From the NCBI RefSeq assembly GCF_006345805.1, contig NC_043015.1, positions 33,170,001 through 33,234,000 of the forward strand: 64,000 nt of DNA, in the 5' to 3' direction. This DNA is from Octopus sinensis. Lineage: Eukaryota. The position numbers and the translations under genes are program-made. Shown here in pieces: positions 61,584-64,000 of the stretch (positions within the stretch are counted from its first letter, which is position 1; each line of letters opens with the position of its first letter). Under the pieces are notes generated by a model. That model ran no database searches. It was not told the DNA's origin and worked only from the letters and a program-made list of their open reading frames with translations.

Positions 61584-61665
61584 CTCTCCAAATTCTTGTT
61601 CAAGTTTCATTGCTCTTTCATGAGTTTTTCTAGCCTGGTCCTCTGTGATCCTTTTATTCATCTCC
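61574..61665 (-). CDS. dlg1: dlg1 penultimate coding exon, 92 nt
   Basis: (M)[30 protein letters not shown]. Acceptor ttttcattgcag|, donor ACAT|gtaagt. Phase 2 to 1. Confidence 0.97.
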
Positions 61666-62688
61666 CTGCAATGAAAATAGACAGCATCTGTTGACTACAA
61701 CTGGGGGACTAGCGTCATGTAGATGGTTACATATAGGGAAGAGGAAGAGGAAGTAAATTCATGTAGAGATAACTAAGGACATGATGACATCCAACGAAAC
61801 AGACTCAACTGTTTATATCCAGTTTAACACAACTGCCTGGGTACCTGAGGTGACTTTAGCAGAGTCCACTCTGTTGCAAGTATTCAGGCTGGATTTCCAG
61901 TTTGAGGAGACCATTCTCCCTCCCTGCAGTCTTGAAGGCCCTGAAACAGGTCATGGGTGTTGCCATACCTACTGACTATGGAAAAAAACAAACTTCCTTT
62001 GGTTGTGAAGTGAAGCTCTCACATCCAACCTATTTTGTAAAAGTAATATTAAAATAACTTGGGTATGGCTGTGTGGTAAGAAGTTAGCTTCCCAACCACA
62101 TCATTTCGGGCTCAGTTCCACTGCATGGCACCTTGGGCATGTGTCTCCAATTATAGTCTTGGGCTGACCAAAGCTTTGTGAGTGGATTTGTTAGACAGAA
62201 ACTGAAAGAAGGCCATCGTATGTGTGCCTTTGACCTCCACCACAGCTTAACAAATGGTGTTTATGTCCCCATAACTTGGTTTGACAAAAGAGACTGATGG
62301 AATAAGTACCAAGCTTAAAAAAAAAAATTACTGGGGTTGATTCATTCAACTAAAGAATCTTCAGGTTGGTGACCCAGCATGGTAGCAATCTAATGACTGA
62401 TGCAAGTAAAAGACAAAAAAAAAAAAAGGGAAACCTCACATCTTTCACTGGATCCAGTCTTAATTTGTTAGACATTTGGTAGAAATTACACCAATTATAA
62501 GCTTATCAATTAAGCTCTATTAATTAACATGATTAGATGATGTAGTATTGTCTGTGGCAAGAATTGAACTGAGCGTCTCAGGCAAAGTGCCTTACTTTGC
62601 ATCTTTACTTCCACTTCACAGCTGAGTGATTAGCACAAAGAAGGACTTCTAATTCTCAAAGGAAAAAAAAAAAAGAAGTTCAACTTAC

Positions 62689-62798
62689 ATTATAGATTCC
62701 ACGGATTTGGGTTTGATGAAAACTGCGATTGGATATAATCCTGCTACTTGTAGCCGCTTGATTGCGTTACCACTGACGTCCAAAATGCAGTGTTTGCC
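62689..62798 (-). CDS. dlg1: dlg1 GUK exon, 110 nt
   Basis: [36 protein letters not shown](M). Acceptor ctttgttcag|, donor AT|gtaagt. Phase 0 to 2, in frame with neighbours. Confidence 0.97.
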
Positions 62799-63294
62799 CT
62801 GAACAAAGAACATTTTAAAACAGAAGATTAAACATAGTTTCATTTTAATCAAGCTGAAGATGTGTTTGTGTATGTGTAGGTAACTAATACTTAAATTTCA
62901 AGTTGTTCAACCATCTTCCCAAGTATTAAAGACAGGTAGTGTCTCCAATCTAAACATCAGACGTTTATGATTTTTAGTCAACAGAGCTCAAGTCTTTTTG
63001 TTATGTGTAGTCCTAAGGTCTGTCCACTGTTCAACAATGACTGGAGATATTTTGGTCATCTGACTCATGGATCTAAACCTTTGAAGGAGTCTATACAGTG
63101 ACTATTTTCATAAGATTAAGCATGGTCTTATTAAATTTAAAGACATAGGCACAACATTTTAATCATACCCATCTTATAATAAAATATGGTAACTGGGGTA
63201 TATCGGCAAACATCCAGTTGGGAAGAATAGGGTTGAGCAGAAATACGCATCATAGAAGGAAAAGTGTAAATAAATGTGGAGAGTGGGCGCCTAC

Positions 63295-63467
63295 CTTTTC
63301 TGCAACTTCCTTCACTGACGCAACACTAGTTCCGTAAAGATTGTCATTGTACTGGCCAGCTTCAATGAAAAGATGGTTTTGAATGTCTCGCTCCATTTGC
63401 TCTCGAGATGCAACAAAATGGTAGTCACGGGCATCAACTTCGTTCTCTCTCCGTTGTCGGGTAGTAT
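63295..63467 (-). CDS. dlg1: Discs large 1 (MAGUK) guanylate-kinase-domain exon, 173 nt
   Basis: Translates (H)[57 protein letters not shown], recognisable DLG GUK sequence. Acceptor cttacag|, donor AAG|gtaggc. Upstream exons lie beyond the window end. Confidence 0.97.
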
Positions 63468-64000
63468 CTGTAAGTACAGATGAGAAGATGGTAGTGAAAT
63501 AAGGGTGGCCTTGTACTAATAGACCTTCAGCAAAGAGTAACTGACTGATTAATATTATAATATCTGCTGTAAGTCTGAGATGGAAGAGATTATGTGTTTG
63601 TTATATGAGAATTAGAAAGAGTGTTTGAGGAAAATATCATCGGGTGGACAGTTTCACATGAATTGGCCAGCTGGAGGGGTGCCCTGGTTCCATTTGTCTG
63701 GTTTTTACAGATGGATGCCCTTCTTAATGCCAACCATTTTGGAGAGTGTACCAGGTGCTTCTATGTGACACTGGCGTGAGTTCTTTTACATGGCACCGTC
63801 ACAACAATATCTATATTATAACGCAGAAAGCCGCTTATTAATTAGGTATGTAACAATTACTAAAAGAAAGCAATTATCAAAGGCTTGACTGTCTGGAAAT
63901 CTTTAATAAATTCATGTTCTAAGAAATTTCCTATAATTTCTATTTCCAAACTTTATTGAATTTTTGAACTCCAATTTTTCACAAATTTAAATATTCATTG

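Overview
AT-rich, microsatellite- and SINE-dense eukaryotic DNA. The repeat repertoire suggests an octopus/coleoid cephalopod (inferred, not verified). The only securely identified gene is the 3' end of discs large 1 (dlg1, MAGUK) on the minus strand: four GUK-domain exons (63295-63467, 62689-62798, 61574-61665, 60407-60513) that splice in frame with canonical GT-AG sites, plus a probable ~2.4 kb 3'UTR. Most of the rest is mobile-element debris: a decayed Ty3/Gypsy gag-pol, Tc1 and mariner remnants, RTE-type and Tx1/L1-type LINE fragments, hAT- and piggyBac-type MITEs, a foldback-like element and several tRNA-derived SINE families. A chain of splice-site-bounded candidate exons on the plus strand (about 6.6-53.8 kb) may be an unannotated gene convergent with dlg1; I could not identify its product and parts may be chance. 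Top observations: (1) the donor of the penultimate dlg1 coding exon is tandemly quadruplicated in 30-bp units, and any distal donor would truncate Dlg1 at ...YFTCK*; (2) several phase-1 candidate exons of the plus-strand chain are open except for a single in-frame UAG, a speculative case of stop-to-Trp repair by A-to-I editing; (3) a phase-compatible alternative dlg1 terminal exon inside the 3'UTR. All coordinates were counted by hand; repeat boundaries are approximate.
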